Source: Chloroflexota bacterium (GTDB lineage: Bacteria > Chloroflexota > Dehalococcoidia > Bin125). Taken from it: DNA of 64,000 bases. Every line of letters begins with the position of its first letter. Position 1 is the stretch's first letter. Both the position numbers and the translations under genes were made by a program. Below the pieces are notes generated by a model. That model made no database searches and was not told where the DNA came from. It saw only the letters and a list, made by a program, of their open reading frames with translations. The stretch spans positions 17,601-81,600 of the forward strand of contig VXQZ01000011.1 in NCBI GenBank assembly GCA_009838735.1. Reading direction: 5' to 3'. Shown here piece by piece: positions 51,758-60,670 of the stretch.

Positions 51758-54085
51758 TCAGCCCGATTCGCTTGCCTCTCTGGGGGTCTGTGGTCGTGGC
51801 AATGTGCCCCTGGGCGTTACCCGGACATCGAGGACGTGGATGGTGCCCGCGAACTCGAACGGCGCCTCGTAGCTGCCGGTAGTGGGCGAGTAATGATCGG
51901 CGCCGATGTCGGCGCCGCCGCGCACGGCGATACCGCTGGTGTCGGGAATCGCGATCGTTCCTGATTCTTCGCCGTCTACGAAGAGTGTCACGACGCCGGA
52001 CTTGTCGGCGCTCGAGGCAAGCGTTGCCGACACAGTTGTCATTCCAGCCGGAAGCTCAGAATCGCTCCGACCAACGGTGACGTCTTCCCGCGAGTTGAAG
52101 TCCAGGCAGAGCCGATTGCCCTGGATGTAGAACGAGACACCGCCGGCCATGCTGCCGTGCGCGAACAGCACTCCCTCTTGGTCCGTGCTCTCTCGTTCGA
52201 CATCCGCCGTGATCGTCCAGTCGCCGAGCTGGAGCATTGGCGAGACCCGACCGTGCAGGTGGGCGGTCGGCGGGTAGTAGCGATAGTGCAGACCGTCGTG
52301 CGGATTGCCGGGGCGTTGGCTCGGCCCTCCGGCCAGCGTCCGGTCGTCCAGTGGCAAGACGTTGTAGCGGCCGGCTTCGATCCACCAGCGGTGGATCATC
52401 CGCTGGAGGCGTTCCGGTTCCTGGTCTGCGAGGTTGTTGGTCTCGGAGAAGTCCTCGGCGAGATTGAACAGCTCCCACTCATCCTCGTCGTAGGGCCTGC
52501 CGCGGAAGTGTCGGGTGACCGCTTTCCAGCCATCCATCCAGATCGCGCGGTGGCCCCACATTTCGAAATACTGCACGCCCTTGTTCGATTCGGCGTCGGG
52601 ATCCTCGAAGGTGTAGGCCATGCTTTTGCCGTGGACCGGCATCTGGGCGAGCCCCTTGTAGCTGTCTGGCGCCGACTCTCCCAGTACGTCCAGAACCGTC
52701 GGCACGATGTCGGTCACATAGTGGAACTGATCGCGGATCTGGCCTTGCGGCACCCGTTCCGGCCAGCGAACGATCAGCGGCACGCGCACGCCGCCGCCGT
52801 GGGCGTCGCTTTTGTACCAGCGCAGCGGCGTGTTGGCGACCTGCGCCCAGCCCCAGGGAATGTCGGTCCAGCTCCGCGGCCCGCCGATGTCGTCGAGTCT
52901 CGACTGCCAGGCCTCCAGCCGCTCCGCCTCCTCAGTCGCGGGAGGGCGACCGGGCCCCCGTTGCATCAGTTCGCCATCGTTCGTCGAGATGCCGTTGCCG
53001 CCCGCGACGATGCTGAGCATGCCCATCGGTCCGCCCATGCCCGAGGCTCCGTTGTCCGAGGTCAGGACGACGATGGTGTTGTCGAGCTGTCCCGAGTCCT
53101 CCAGGTGTTGAAGCAGTCGCCCGAGCTGCGCATCGGTGTGATCGAGAAAGCCGGCGAATGCTTCGAACAGCCTCGCCGCGAAGCGCTTGCCGTTGTCGGA
53201 CAGGTCTTCCCAGCGCTTGACTCCTGGATTCCGGTCAGCCAGTTCGGTGTCCGGAGGAATGATTCCGCTGGCCAGTTGCCGTTCGTACCACTCCCGGCGT
53301 ACCTCGTCCCAGCCGGCGTCGAAGCGGCCGCGGTACTTCTCGACGTACTCGGGCGGCGACTGGTGCGGCTCGTGGACGGCGCCCAGGGCGAAGTACATGA
53401 AGAAGGGTTGATCGGGTCGGTGCGACTGCTTGTCGCGCAGGAAGGAGATGCCGTTGTCGACCAGGTCTTCGGTGACGTGATAGCCCTCTTCCGGTGATTT
53501 GGGCGGAAGGATGTGGTGATTGTCGTGCGTCAGTTCGGGATAGAACTGGTCGGTCGCGCCGGAGAGGAAGCCGTAGTAGCGATCGAATCCGCGCTGTAGC
53601 GGCCAGTTCTCGTAGGGTCCGGCGGGACCGTTCTCCTCGGCCGGGCTGAGGTGCCACTTGCCGACCATGTAGGTGGCGTAGCCGCGCGCCTGCAGCATCT
53701 CGGCAAGCGTCGCCGAGTGCTTCGACACGGACGCGCGCATGTTGGTGAACCCGGTGTCGTGGAAGTTGGCGATCGTCCGCATCCCCACCGCGTGGTGGTT
53801 GCGCCCGGTCATCAACGACGCCCGAGTGGGCGAGCACAGTGGAGTCACGTGGAAGTTGGAGTAGCGCAAACCCTCTTCGGCCAACCGATTGATGTTGGGC
53901 GTGTCGATGGTTGAGCCGTAGCAATTCAGATGGGCGAATCCCATGTCGTCGAAGAGGATGATCAGCACGTTTGGGCGAGGCCCATGTTCATGCTCCGGCA
54001 GCAGCGGCCACCACGGTTCGGACTCGTCAATCGTCACACCAACGTGGCCCTGGAAGTCCTCGAACTGTTCTGACATTGCGTTCAC
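51758..54085 (-). CDS. arylsulfatase (Cys-type), copy 2 (tandem paralog)
   Basis: Same CSPTRASLMTGRNHH motif; alternative start at MSEQFEDF (54076). Confidence 0.85.
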   Translation of the reverse strand: MNAMSEQFEDFQGHVGVTIDESEPWWPLLPEHEHGPRPNVLIILFDDMGFAHLNCYGSTIDTPNINRLAEEGLRYSNFHVTPLCSPTRASLMTGRNHHAVGMRTIANFHDTGFTNMRASVSKHSATLAEMLQARGYATYMVGKWHLSPAEENGPAGPYENWPLQRGFDRYYGFLSGATDQFYPELTHDNHHILPPKSPEEGYHVTEDLVDNGISFLRDKQSHRPDQPFFMYFALGAVHEPHQSPPEYVEKYRGRFDAGWDEVRREWYERQLASGIIPPDTELADRNPGVKRWEDLSDNGKRFAARLFEAFAGFLDHTDAQLGRLLQHLEDSGQLDNTIVVLTSDNGASGMGGPMGMLSIVAGGNGISTNDGELMQRGPGRPPATEEAERLEAWQSRLDDIGGPRSWTDIPWGWAQVANTPLRWYKSDAHGGGVRVPLIVRWPERVPQGQIRDQFHYVTDIVPTVLDVLGESAPDSYKGLAQMPVHGKSMAYTFEDPDAESNKGVQYFEMWGHRAIWMDGWKAVTRHFRGRPYDEDEWELFNLAEDFSETNNLADQEPERLQRMIHRWWIEAGRYNVLPLDDRTLAGGPSQRPGNPHDGLHYRYYPPTAHLHGRVSPMLQLGDWTITADVERESTDQEGVLFAHGSMAGGVSFYIQGNRLCLDFNSREDVTVGRSDSELPAGMTTVSATLASSADKSGVVTLFVDGEESGTIAIPDTSGIAVRGGADIGADHYSPTTGSYEAPFEFAGTIHVLDVRVTPRGTLPRPQTPREASESG

Positions 54086-54114
54086 CGCTTTCGTTGAGCT
54101 AGGAGGTTGGCTGC

Positions 54115-54645
54115 TTAAGTCTTGGAATCAATGCTCTTGAGCAGATCGCGGATTTCGACGAGCAACTCGTTTTCGCTCGCGGCGACCGTCGGCGCCGCAG
54201 ACGGTGGTCCGCCCTCCTGGAGGATCTCCCGCTGACGCAGGACGGCGTCGCGGAAGGCTGGGGCGTCAACGACGCCGATCAGGTTGCCCTCGGCTCCGGT
54301 CGTGCCGGATTGGCCGGCGGTCTCGACCTTGAGCCCTTGAATCCCGCAGAAGCGCATCAGTGGACCATCGTGCAGCCGAACGTCGGTGATCCGGTCCAGC
54401 GGAATCGTGCTGTCGCTGCGGAAGTAGACGCCGCGAGTCAGTTCCAGCGAAGTCGGCGTCAGGCGGGCGCTGAAGCGGTCATAGGCCCTGGGCAGATAGG
54501 ACACGCTCCAGATCAGCCAGAACGGAATCAGAGGGATGCCCGCCAGGGTGATGAACAGCAACAGGCTGACGGCGAGCCGTCCATAGCCCATCACCCGCCG
54601 ATCGAACTCCGCTTGCAGCAGTACTTCGTCTCGCGACGACGTCAT
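54115..54645 (-). CDS. membrane protein with bacterial PH domain (bPH_2/YdbS-like, DUF304)
   Basis: Two N-terminal TM helices then YFRSDSTIPLDRITDVRLHDGPLMRFCGIQGLKVETAG pattern typical of bPH_2; start at MTSSRD chosen to avoid overlap with divergent LLM gene. Confidence 0.65.
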   Translation of the reverse strand: MTSSRDEVLLQAEFDRRVMGYGRLAVSLLLFITLAGIPLIPFWLIWSVSYLPRAYDRFSARLTPTSLELTRGVYFRSDSTIPLDRITDVRLHDGPLMRFCGIQGLKVETAGQSGTTGAEGNLIGVVDAPAFRDAVLRQREILQEGGPPSAAPTVAASENELLVEIRDLLKSIDSKT

Positions 54646-54731
54646 GTTGTCTCTCCAATATGAGGTCTTCGTGCTCGCTGCAACCATAGGTGAAACCCGA
54701 CTCAAGCCGGGTTGGCGGAGGGCAAAGCGAC

Positions 54732-55667
54732 ATGGAATTCGGTATCCACCTGGTGCAGCAGAACACGACAATCGGGGAGTGCCGCCAGCTCTGGCGTTGG
54801 GCGGACACGGCTGGATTCACCTGGGTTGACGTTTCCGACCATTTCTACGAATCGCCGATGACCGAGAAGCGCGGGCCGTACCTGGAATGCCTGGCCAGCC
54901 TGACCGCCCTCGCGATCGACACCGAGCATGTCCGTGTGGGCACCTGCGTCCTGGCAATGGACTACCGCCATCCGGCCGTCCTCGCCAATGCACTGGCCAC
55001 GATTGACCATCTCGCCGATGGCCGCCTCGACGTCGGACTCGGCGCGGGCTGGAACGTTCAGGAGTACGAGGCCTACGGCATCCGGTTCGATCGCATCGGT
55101 CAGCGCATGGATCGTCTGGAGGAAGGCATTCACGTGCTTCGCGCCCTCTGGGAGGAGCCCGTAGCCAACTACGCCGGTGAGTACTTCCAACTCGATGATG
55201 CTCTTTGTGAGCCCAAGCCCTTGCAGGATCGGGTACCAATCTGGATCGGCGGCGTCGGCGAGCGGCGAACGCTGCAGCTGGTGGCTCGCTATGCCGGCGG
55301 CTGGAATGCGCCGTACCTCACGGTCGCTGACTGGCAGAGACTCTCGGGCGTACTCGATGAGTGGTGCGAACGGGTCGGTCGCGATCCGTCGCAGATCCAG
55401 CGCGACGTCAACCTTTCGTTCCACTTGGCCGCCGACGAGTCGGACCGTCCGAGGGCGCAGGCGCACTTTGAGGAAGTCTTCGGCCCGGCGGGCGACGCAT
55501 TCCGCCAGCGCGGCGCAATCGTCGGCACTCCTGCTGAGGCAATCGACATGCTGGCGGACTACGCAGATGCCGGCGTCGATCGTGTGAACATCACGCTTCG
55601 TCCTCCATGGGACTGGGACGCACTGCATGCGTTCAGCAGCGAGGTGATTCCGGAGCTATCGCGTTAG
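54732..55667 (+). CDS. LLM-class F420-dependent oxidoreductase
   Basis: MEFGIHLVQQN...VGLGAGWNVQEYEAYGI TIM-barrel LLM motifs; 311 aa. Confidence 0.75.
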   Translation: MEFGIHLVQQNTTIGECRQLWRWADTAGFTWVDVSDHFYESPMTEKRGPYLECLASLTALAIDTEHVRVGTCVLAMDYRHPAVLANALATIDHLADGRLDVGLGAGWNVQEYEAYGIRFDRIGQRMDRLEEGIHVLRALWEEPVANYAGEYFQLDDALCEPKPLQDRVPIWIGGVGERRTLQLVARYAGGWNAPYLTVADWQRLSGVLDEWCERVGRDPSQIQRDVNLSFHLAADESDRPRAQAHFEEVFGPAGDAFRQRGAIVGTPAEAIDMLADYADAGVDRVNITLRPPWDWDALHAFSSEVIPELSR

Positions 55668-55679
55668 GTTGGGCGTTCC

Positions 55680-57344
55680 ATGCTTCGCGTTCTGCTACTG
55701 CTGCTGGGATTGGGGCTCGCCGCCATATTTTCGGCAGCGTGCGTCGACGAGATTCCGACTGCCACTCAAGAGTCACGAGCGCTGGAGACACCAGAGGAGT
55801 CAACTCCGCACCCGGATCAAGCGCAACAGGCTGCTGAGGAAGCAACCGCGCCTGACGACGGCTCGGAGGACGATCAGCCAATCAGAACGGACATCTACAG
55901 CTATCGCTCAGTGCGTCGCTTCGCCGACCGGATGCTCGAAGTCCTTGCGGCCGAACGCGTCTGGTGCGACGAGCAAGTCGAGGTCGATGCTCTCCGCGCG
56001 ATGCTCGACGACCACGACAAAGAGCACATCTGGCGCAGCCTGTTAGTTCCTGCGGCAGGCGAAGATCTGCGAGCGGTCCGGATCATCGCAGAGGCGACCG
56101 CCCAGGTGCGCGGCATCCCCATGCAGGAGCTGCCGCCGGTGTTTCTGATCAGCCGGACCAGTCTGCGCCATCACGCCTGTCTGTTCGAAGAGATCTGGGA
56201 AGACCCGACGGACGAGGATCGGGATTGGACGGTGGGCCGTCCGGCGAGCCGGCTGGCAATTCTGCTTGGCCAGGATGTCGAGGACTACAGCGACCTGGAA
56301 CAGAGCTGGCTCAGCGCGACGCTGGCCTGGGGCTGGTACGGGGAGATCCCCGACGCGGACGAGCTCGAACCGGGCGCAGACGGCGTGGGTGAGGTGATCA
56401 TCGTCTCAAGACCCTCAATGCCGGCGGTCTTTGTTGATGTCATCTCCCATGAGCTGGTTCACTTTCTGCAGGATCAGTGGACCGGCTGGCGGCTGCACGA
56501 CTGGTATCGGGATGTCGAAACCACCGATCAGCTCCAGGCGCTCCGCTGGGTCGTCGAGGGCGACGCCTCGTTGAACGAGTTGTACCTGCTGAATGCGCCG
56601 CTGTCGGATCGATTGGCCGACTTTGAGTGGGGACCGGAACGGAATGCCGAATTGGCCCTTTGGTATCGGGCTTACCACGCGCTGACGCCTCAGGACTCGG
56701 AGAATCTCTTCGCCGCATACGACCAGGGCAGGAGCGTCCTCGCCGCGCTTCGCGAGGACCGCGGTCAGGAAGCCATCGATGCGCTGCTGCTCGATCCGCC
56801 CGAGTCGACCGAACAACTGCTTCATCCGGAGAAGCTTCGGCTCGACGAACAACCTGTGGAACTCGTCGATCTTGAGCGGTTGCGCACAGAGATATTTCCA
56901 GAGGCAGATTGGAGTGAACCGATCGTCGATCGGATGGGCGAGCAGTGGCTGAACACCTTGATCCTGACGACAACCAGGTTCACAACGTTGGCTCGGGCTG
57001 TTGCAACCGGTTGGGGTTCGGATCAGATGGCTCTGTGGCAATCTCAAGACGGATCAGCGGAGGTCGTGACCTGGCAAGTGGTGTTTGACCACGATGCGCA
57101 TCACAGGGAGGCGGTCAACGGACTCAGAGGCTGGTTCTATAGCCACTCCGCTCTCGAGGCCGTGCCCGACCAGGACGATCCGGCGAACTTGCACAAATGG
57201 GACGGCCCGAACGGAGCCGCGCGTCTTGTAATCCGGCCGCATAGTGTCTGGGTTGTGGCTGCAGACAGTCCAGCGCTTGCCGATCGGGTCGCGGAAGGAA
57301 TCCGCAGCCGGGCCTGGACCAACTACTGGCCGCCTGACTCCTAG
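55680..57344 (+). CDS. putative secreted lipoprotein with HExxH zinc-metallopeptidase motif
   Basis: Signal peptide plus lipobox (LAAIFSAAC), acidic low-complexity linker, VISHELVHFLQD HExxH; family unknown. Confidence 0.5.
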   Translation: MLRVLLLLLGLGLAAIFSAACVDEIPTATQESRALETPEESTPHPDQAQQAAEEATAPDDGSEDDQPIRTDIYSYRSVRRFADRMLEVLAAERVWCDEQVEVDALRAMLDDHDKEHIWRSLLVPAAGEDLRAVRIIAEATAQVRGIPMQELPPVFLISRTSLRHHACLFEEIWEDPTDEDRDWTVGRPASRLAILLGQDVEDYSDLEQSWLSATLAWGWYGEIPDADELEPGADGVGEVIIVSRPSMPAVFVDVISHELVHFLQDQWTGWRLHDWYRDVETTDQLQALRWVVEGDASLNELYLLNAPLSDRLADFEWGPERNAELALWYRAYHALTPQDSENLFAAYDQGRSVLAALREDRGQEAIDALLLDPPESTEQLLHPEKLRLDEQPVELVDLERLRTEIFPEADWSEPIVDRMGEQWLNTLILTTTRFTTLARAVATGWGSDQMALWQSQDGSAEVVTWQVVFDHDAHHREAVNGLRGWFYSHSALEAVPDQDDPANLHKWDGPNGAARLVIRPHSVWVVAADSPALADRVAEGIRSRAWTNYWPPDS

Positions 57345-57401
57345 ACGCACCGAACCTGGCGGTAAACTGCCTGCGAACCTTGACCAGTGGGGAGGCTGAA
57401 C

Positions 57402-59003
57402 ATGCCCGTTGACCAGACACGCGAATCGTGGAAGCCGGGACAGGACTGGCAAGGCGCGATCGACGAAATCAACTACATCAAGGAACTCGGCCGCGAGATG
57501 GGCGGAGAGTACGGCGTCGCGCGACAACACCGCGGCGGCCGCTACACAATCCGGGAGCGGATTGACAAGTTCCTCGATCGGGACTCATTCTTCGAGGCCG
57601 GCCCGCTGGTCGGCGGCTATGAGTACGACGAGAACGGCGACCTGCGCGAGTTCACGCCGGGCGCGTTCGTCATGGGCATGGGCCAGATCGACGGCCGCAA
57701 CATTGTCATCGGCGGCGACGACTTCACGATCTCGGGCGGCTCGCCGCACAACGTGTCCAAGGGCGCCTCACAGTTCGCAACTCCGCTCGCGTCGCAGTAC
57801 GGCCTGCCATACGTGCAACTGATCGAAGGCGTCGGGCACAGCGCCAAGCGCGACGAGGAAGAGGGCCGCATGGCCCTGCCCGGCGGCCAGACCTGGTGGC
57901 GGCACATCAACCTGCTGAACAAGGTGCCCGTCGCCTCGGGGATCATGGGCTCGGTCGCCGGCGCACCGGCGGCCTTCGCGCTGCTCTCGCACTTCACGGT
58001 GATGATCAAGGGTCAGTCACAGATCTTCCCCTCAGGGCCACCGGTGGTGCGCCGCGCGATCGGCGAGACCTTCAACAAGGAAGAGCTTGGCGGTTCGAGG
58101 GTCCATGTCTATCAGAGCGGCCAGGTCGACAACGAAGCCGAGGACGAAGAGGACGCATTCGACCAGATCAAGAAGTTCCTCTCCTACTTGCCCGACACCA
58201 CCAGTGACGTCACTGAACGGGTCGACAACGGCGACGATCCCAACCGCCGTGTCGAGGAACTCCTGCGGATCATCCCCGAGAACCGCAAGCGGGGGTACAA
58301 CCCGCGCAAGCTGCTCAAACTGGTCTTCGACAACGGGGAATTCTTCGAGATGCGACCTCACTGGGGCGGCGCGATCATCACTGGCTTCGCTCGGATCGGC
58401 GGCTACGCGGTCGGCGTCGTCGCCAGCGATCCCTACGTGATGGCCGGCGCGATGAACGGCGACGCCGCCGACAAGTTCGCCCACTTCGTCGACCTCTGCG
58501 ACGGATTCAACCTGCCGATGGTGATCTTCCTCGACATGCCAGGATTCATGCTGGGCTCGCAGGCCGAGCTCAACCAGACCATGCGACGGGGCACCCGCGC
58601 CCTGATCGCCGCCTACGAGGCCGACGTGCCCAAGGTCGAGTTCAACATTCGCAAGAGCTACGGCGTCGCCGCCGACGCGCCCAACAGCATGGGCGAGCCG
58701 AACGGCGTGAACATGCGCTTCGGCTGGCCAGCCGGCGAGTGGGGCGGCATCCCGATCGAGGGCGGCGTCGCGGCCGCCTATCGGCGAGAAATCGAGGCAG
58801 CCGAGAATCCCGAGGCTCATCGCGAGATGATCGAGAATCGGCTGCTCAAGCTGAGAAGCCCCTTGAAGGCAGCCCACAACTTCGACGTGATCGACCTAAT
58901 CGATCCCCGGGATACGCGCCGGATCGCCTTCCGCTTCATCGAGGCCGCCCAGCCCATGCTCAAGCGCCTGGCCCAACGTCCAAAGCGGATTATCCGACCA
59001 TAA
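57402..59003 (+). CDS. acyl-CoA carboxylase carboxyltransferase subunit (propionyl-CoA carboxylase beta-like)
   Basis: Two crotonase-fold CT subdomains, 534 aa; GGAGG RBS 7 nt upstream of ATG 57402. Confidence 0.85.
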   Translation: MPVDQTRESWKPGQDWQGAIDEINYIKELGREMGGEYGVARQHRGGRYTIRERIDKFLDRDSFFEAGPLVGGYEYDENGDLREFTPGAFVMGMGQIDGRNIVIGGDDFTISGGSPHNVSKGASQFATPLASQYGLPYVQLIEGVGHSAKRDEEEGRMALPGGQTWWRHINLLNKVPVASGIMGSVAGAPAAFALLSHFTVMIKGQSQIFPSGPPVVRRAIGETFNKEELGGSRVHVYQSGQVDNEAEDEEDAFDQIKKFLSYLPDTTSDVTERVDNGDDPNRRVEELLRIIPENRKRGYNPRKLLKLVFDNGEFFEMRPHWGGAIITGFARIGGYAVGVVASDPYVMAGAMNGDAADKFAHFVDLCDGFNLPMVIFLDMPGFMLGSQAELNQTMRRGTRALIAAYEADVPKVEFNIRKSYGVAADAPNSMGEPNGVNMRFGWPAGEWGGIPIEGGVAAAYRREIEAAENPEAHREMIENRLLKLRSPLKAAHNFDVIDLIDPRDTRRIAFRFIEAAQPMLKRLAQRPKRIIRP

Positions 59004-59210
59004 GGCAGAACGAGAAGAGTTACCGTGCTGACTTCTTGGCGGTGATGATCACTAACAGAGCTTTGTCGAAGTGCCCATATCCAAGACAATCTAAACTGCG
59101 GGCCTTGTGGTCAGATGGTGTCCTACTGGAAAAAGCGGTGTTCGAGGATTTCCTACAGACCTGCCAACCTCGTTCTGCGCTTCAGGAGGAGCGTCGGCAT
59201 CGGCGAGCAA

Positions 59211-60083
59211 CTAGCGTTGTTCTGGATCTGCTTTGCGAGCCCAAGCGTCAAACCTTGCCTCATCCCCAACTTCGATCTCGAAGTGTGGGAACGTGAGTTC
59301 CTTCGGGCAATCGCAATCTTGGAAGCTCTTGCTTGAACCACAGGGACACGGTTGGGTCGGAGTAATACCATCATCGGAACCAAACTTCCTCTTCCGTTCT
59401 TCTTTCTCGTAGGACCATGCCGTCCAAGGTGACTCGAGGATTTCTGCCACGCGCTGCAGATGCGATAGCCGGGAATCGTTGTCCCCATTCGGAAAGATGA
59501 CTGAGTACTTTTGATTAGGGTTGTCGACCAGCGAGATCTCGAGGATATCAACATCCGTGATTGCTCTCGCGCACATTTCGCCGTCATATATTTCACCGAC
59601 CACGTGGTCGCAGGTGTTGCGGAGATAGATTCTCGCGTCGCAAACGGAGCACCTCATCTCACGAAACAGATAAGCTGGGCTAACACCCAGTGTAAACGGG
59701 TACAAATCCTGAAACTTGGGGATGTGACTACGCATGTGGCGAATGCCGAATCGATCATTAACTTCGGTGAAATGCGGTTTCAGGTGGACTAAGACGATCT
59801 CGCACTGTTCCAATTTGTCCCACGCGCTCTTGAACTTTCCCGCCGATAGGTCGGTGAATGCCTCGGTAAAGAGGTCTTGGGAGCGACCAATAGACTCAAG
59901 GCACCAAATCGCCTTAGCAAGTGATTGATTTCCAGTGGAGACAGCGACAAGCTTCTTTGCTTTCAGCGTTTCGGCGAACTGGGGTGGCAGTGATTCAAGG
60001 CGGCGTTCGTTGTAGCTCTGTAGAACACGCCGCTCAAGACGGAGGTCAGGATGATGGATTGTCTTGCGAACACTTGCCGTCAT
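59211..60083 (-). CDS. hypothetical protein with C-terminal SEC-C-like motif (PCPCGSSKSFQDCDC) and CxxC...CxH...C cluster; low-GC island gene B
   Basis: 290 aa; ~50% GC versus ~66% genome; start overlaps upstream gene A by 38 nt (translational coupling). Confidence 0.6.
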   Translation of the reverse strand: MTASVRKTIHHPDLRLERRVLQSYNERRLESLPPQFAETLKAKKLVAVSTGNQSLAKAIWCLESIGRSQDLFTEAFTDLSAGKFKSAWDKLEQCEIVLVHLKPHFTEVNDRFGIRHMRSHIPKFQDLYPFTLGVSPAYLFREMRCSVCDARIYLRNTCDHVVGEIYDGEMCARAITDVDILEISLVDNPNQKYSVIFPNGDNDSRLSHLQRVAEILESPWTAWSYEKEERKRKFGSDDGITPTQPCPCGSSKSFQDCDCPKELTFPHFEIEVGDEARFDAWARKADPEQR

Positions 60084-60639
60084 TGTCGTCCTCGTCTGTC
60101 GAAGTCGCAGCCGTCAGTGCAGTCAGAAGGGTACGTTCGTACGTGTCTGCAGGTCCATCAAATGCGTAGAGAATTAAGTCGCCGGTTGGACTCTTTACAT
60201 GTATGCGACTGTTTACGGTGCTGCCCTTTTGAGTTCCAAATCTGTCCACTAGCCGACGCTTCACGAATGATGCTACAATTGGGATCAAGATCTGTGCAAC
60301 TGATATGCTGAAAGTGACCATCTCTGGTATGATCAGAGTTTCGGAGTTGTACGAAACCTCTATGTACTCTTCATCGCGTACTAAAGCTTCTACTTTGATG
60401 GCAGGGTCAGCGCATGTCTCGATGAATTGTAGGACGTCACGTGTGAGTTCGGGGAAAGCGAGTTCCGTCTGTTCGGGACCCTCCTCCGTTGGAACAACGA
60501 CCTCTGTTGGTGCAACAAGCACCGAAGCAGTTTGCAAGTTCACTATCTGCTCGGTCGAGGACGCGGAGTTGGATATAGCTGCCTCAACGTTGAGGGGCGA
60601 TCGAAGAACATGCAGTGGCTCAGATTCGCTGGGAGGCAT
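60046..60639 (-). CDS. hypothetical protein, low-GC island gene A
   Basis: 197 aa, acidic C-terminus; ~48% GC; first gene of overlapping two-gene cassette. Confidence 0.55.
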   Translation of the reverse strand: MPPSESEPLHVLRSPLNVEAAISNSASSTEQIVNLQTASVLVAPTEVVVPTEEGPEQTELAFPELTRDVLQFIETCADPAIKVEALVRDEEYIEVSYNSETLIIPEMVTFSISVAQILIPIVASFVKRRLVDRFGTQKGSTVNSRIHVKSPTGDLILYAFDGPADTYERTLLTALTAATSTDEDDNDGKCSQDNPSS

Positions 60640-60670
60640 GGCCGACCATTCCCTTCTTACTCCAGCCTAG

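Noticed and set aside
59040-59296. Plus-strand ORF in the low-GC island 3-prime flank (MITNRALSKCPYPRQ…)
   Set aside because: It overlaps the 3-prime end of island gene B antisense, and it is Arg-rich with no domain-like features. It is probably non-coding convergent intergenic sequence.
59004-60670. Integrase, att repeats or IS elements bounding the low-GC island
   Set aside because: No recombinase ORF, no terminal inverted repeats and no duplicated tRNA 3-prime segment were found by eye. The island is therefore reported as an old or non-autonomous acquisition rather than a mobile element.
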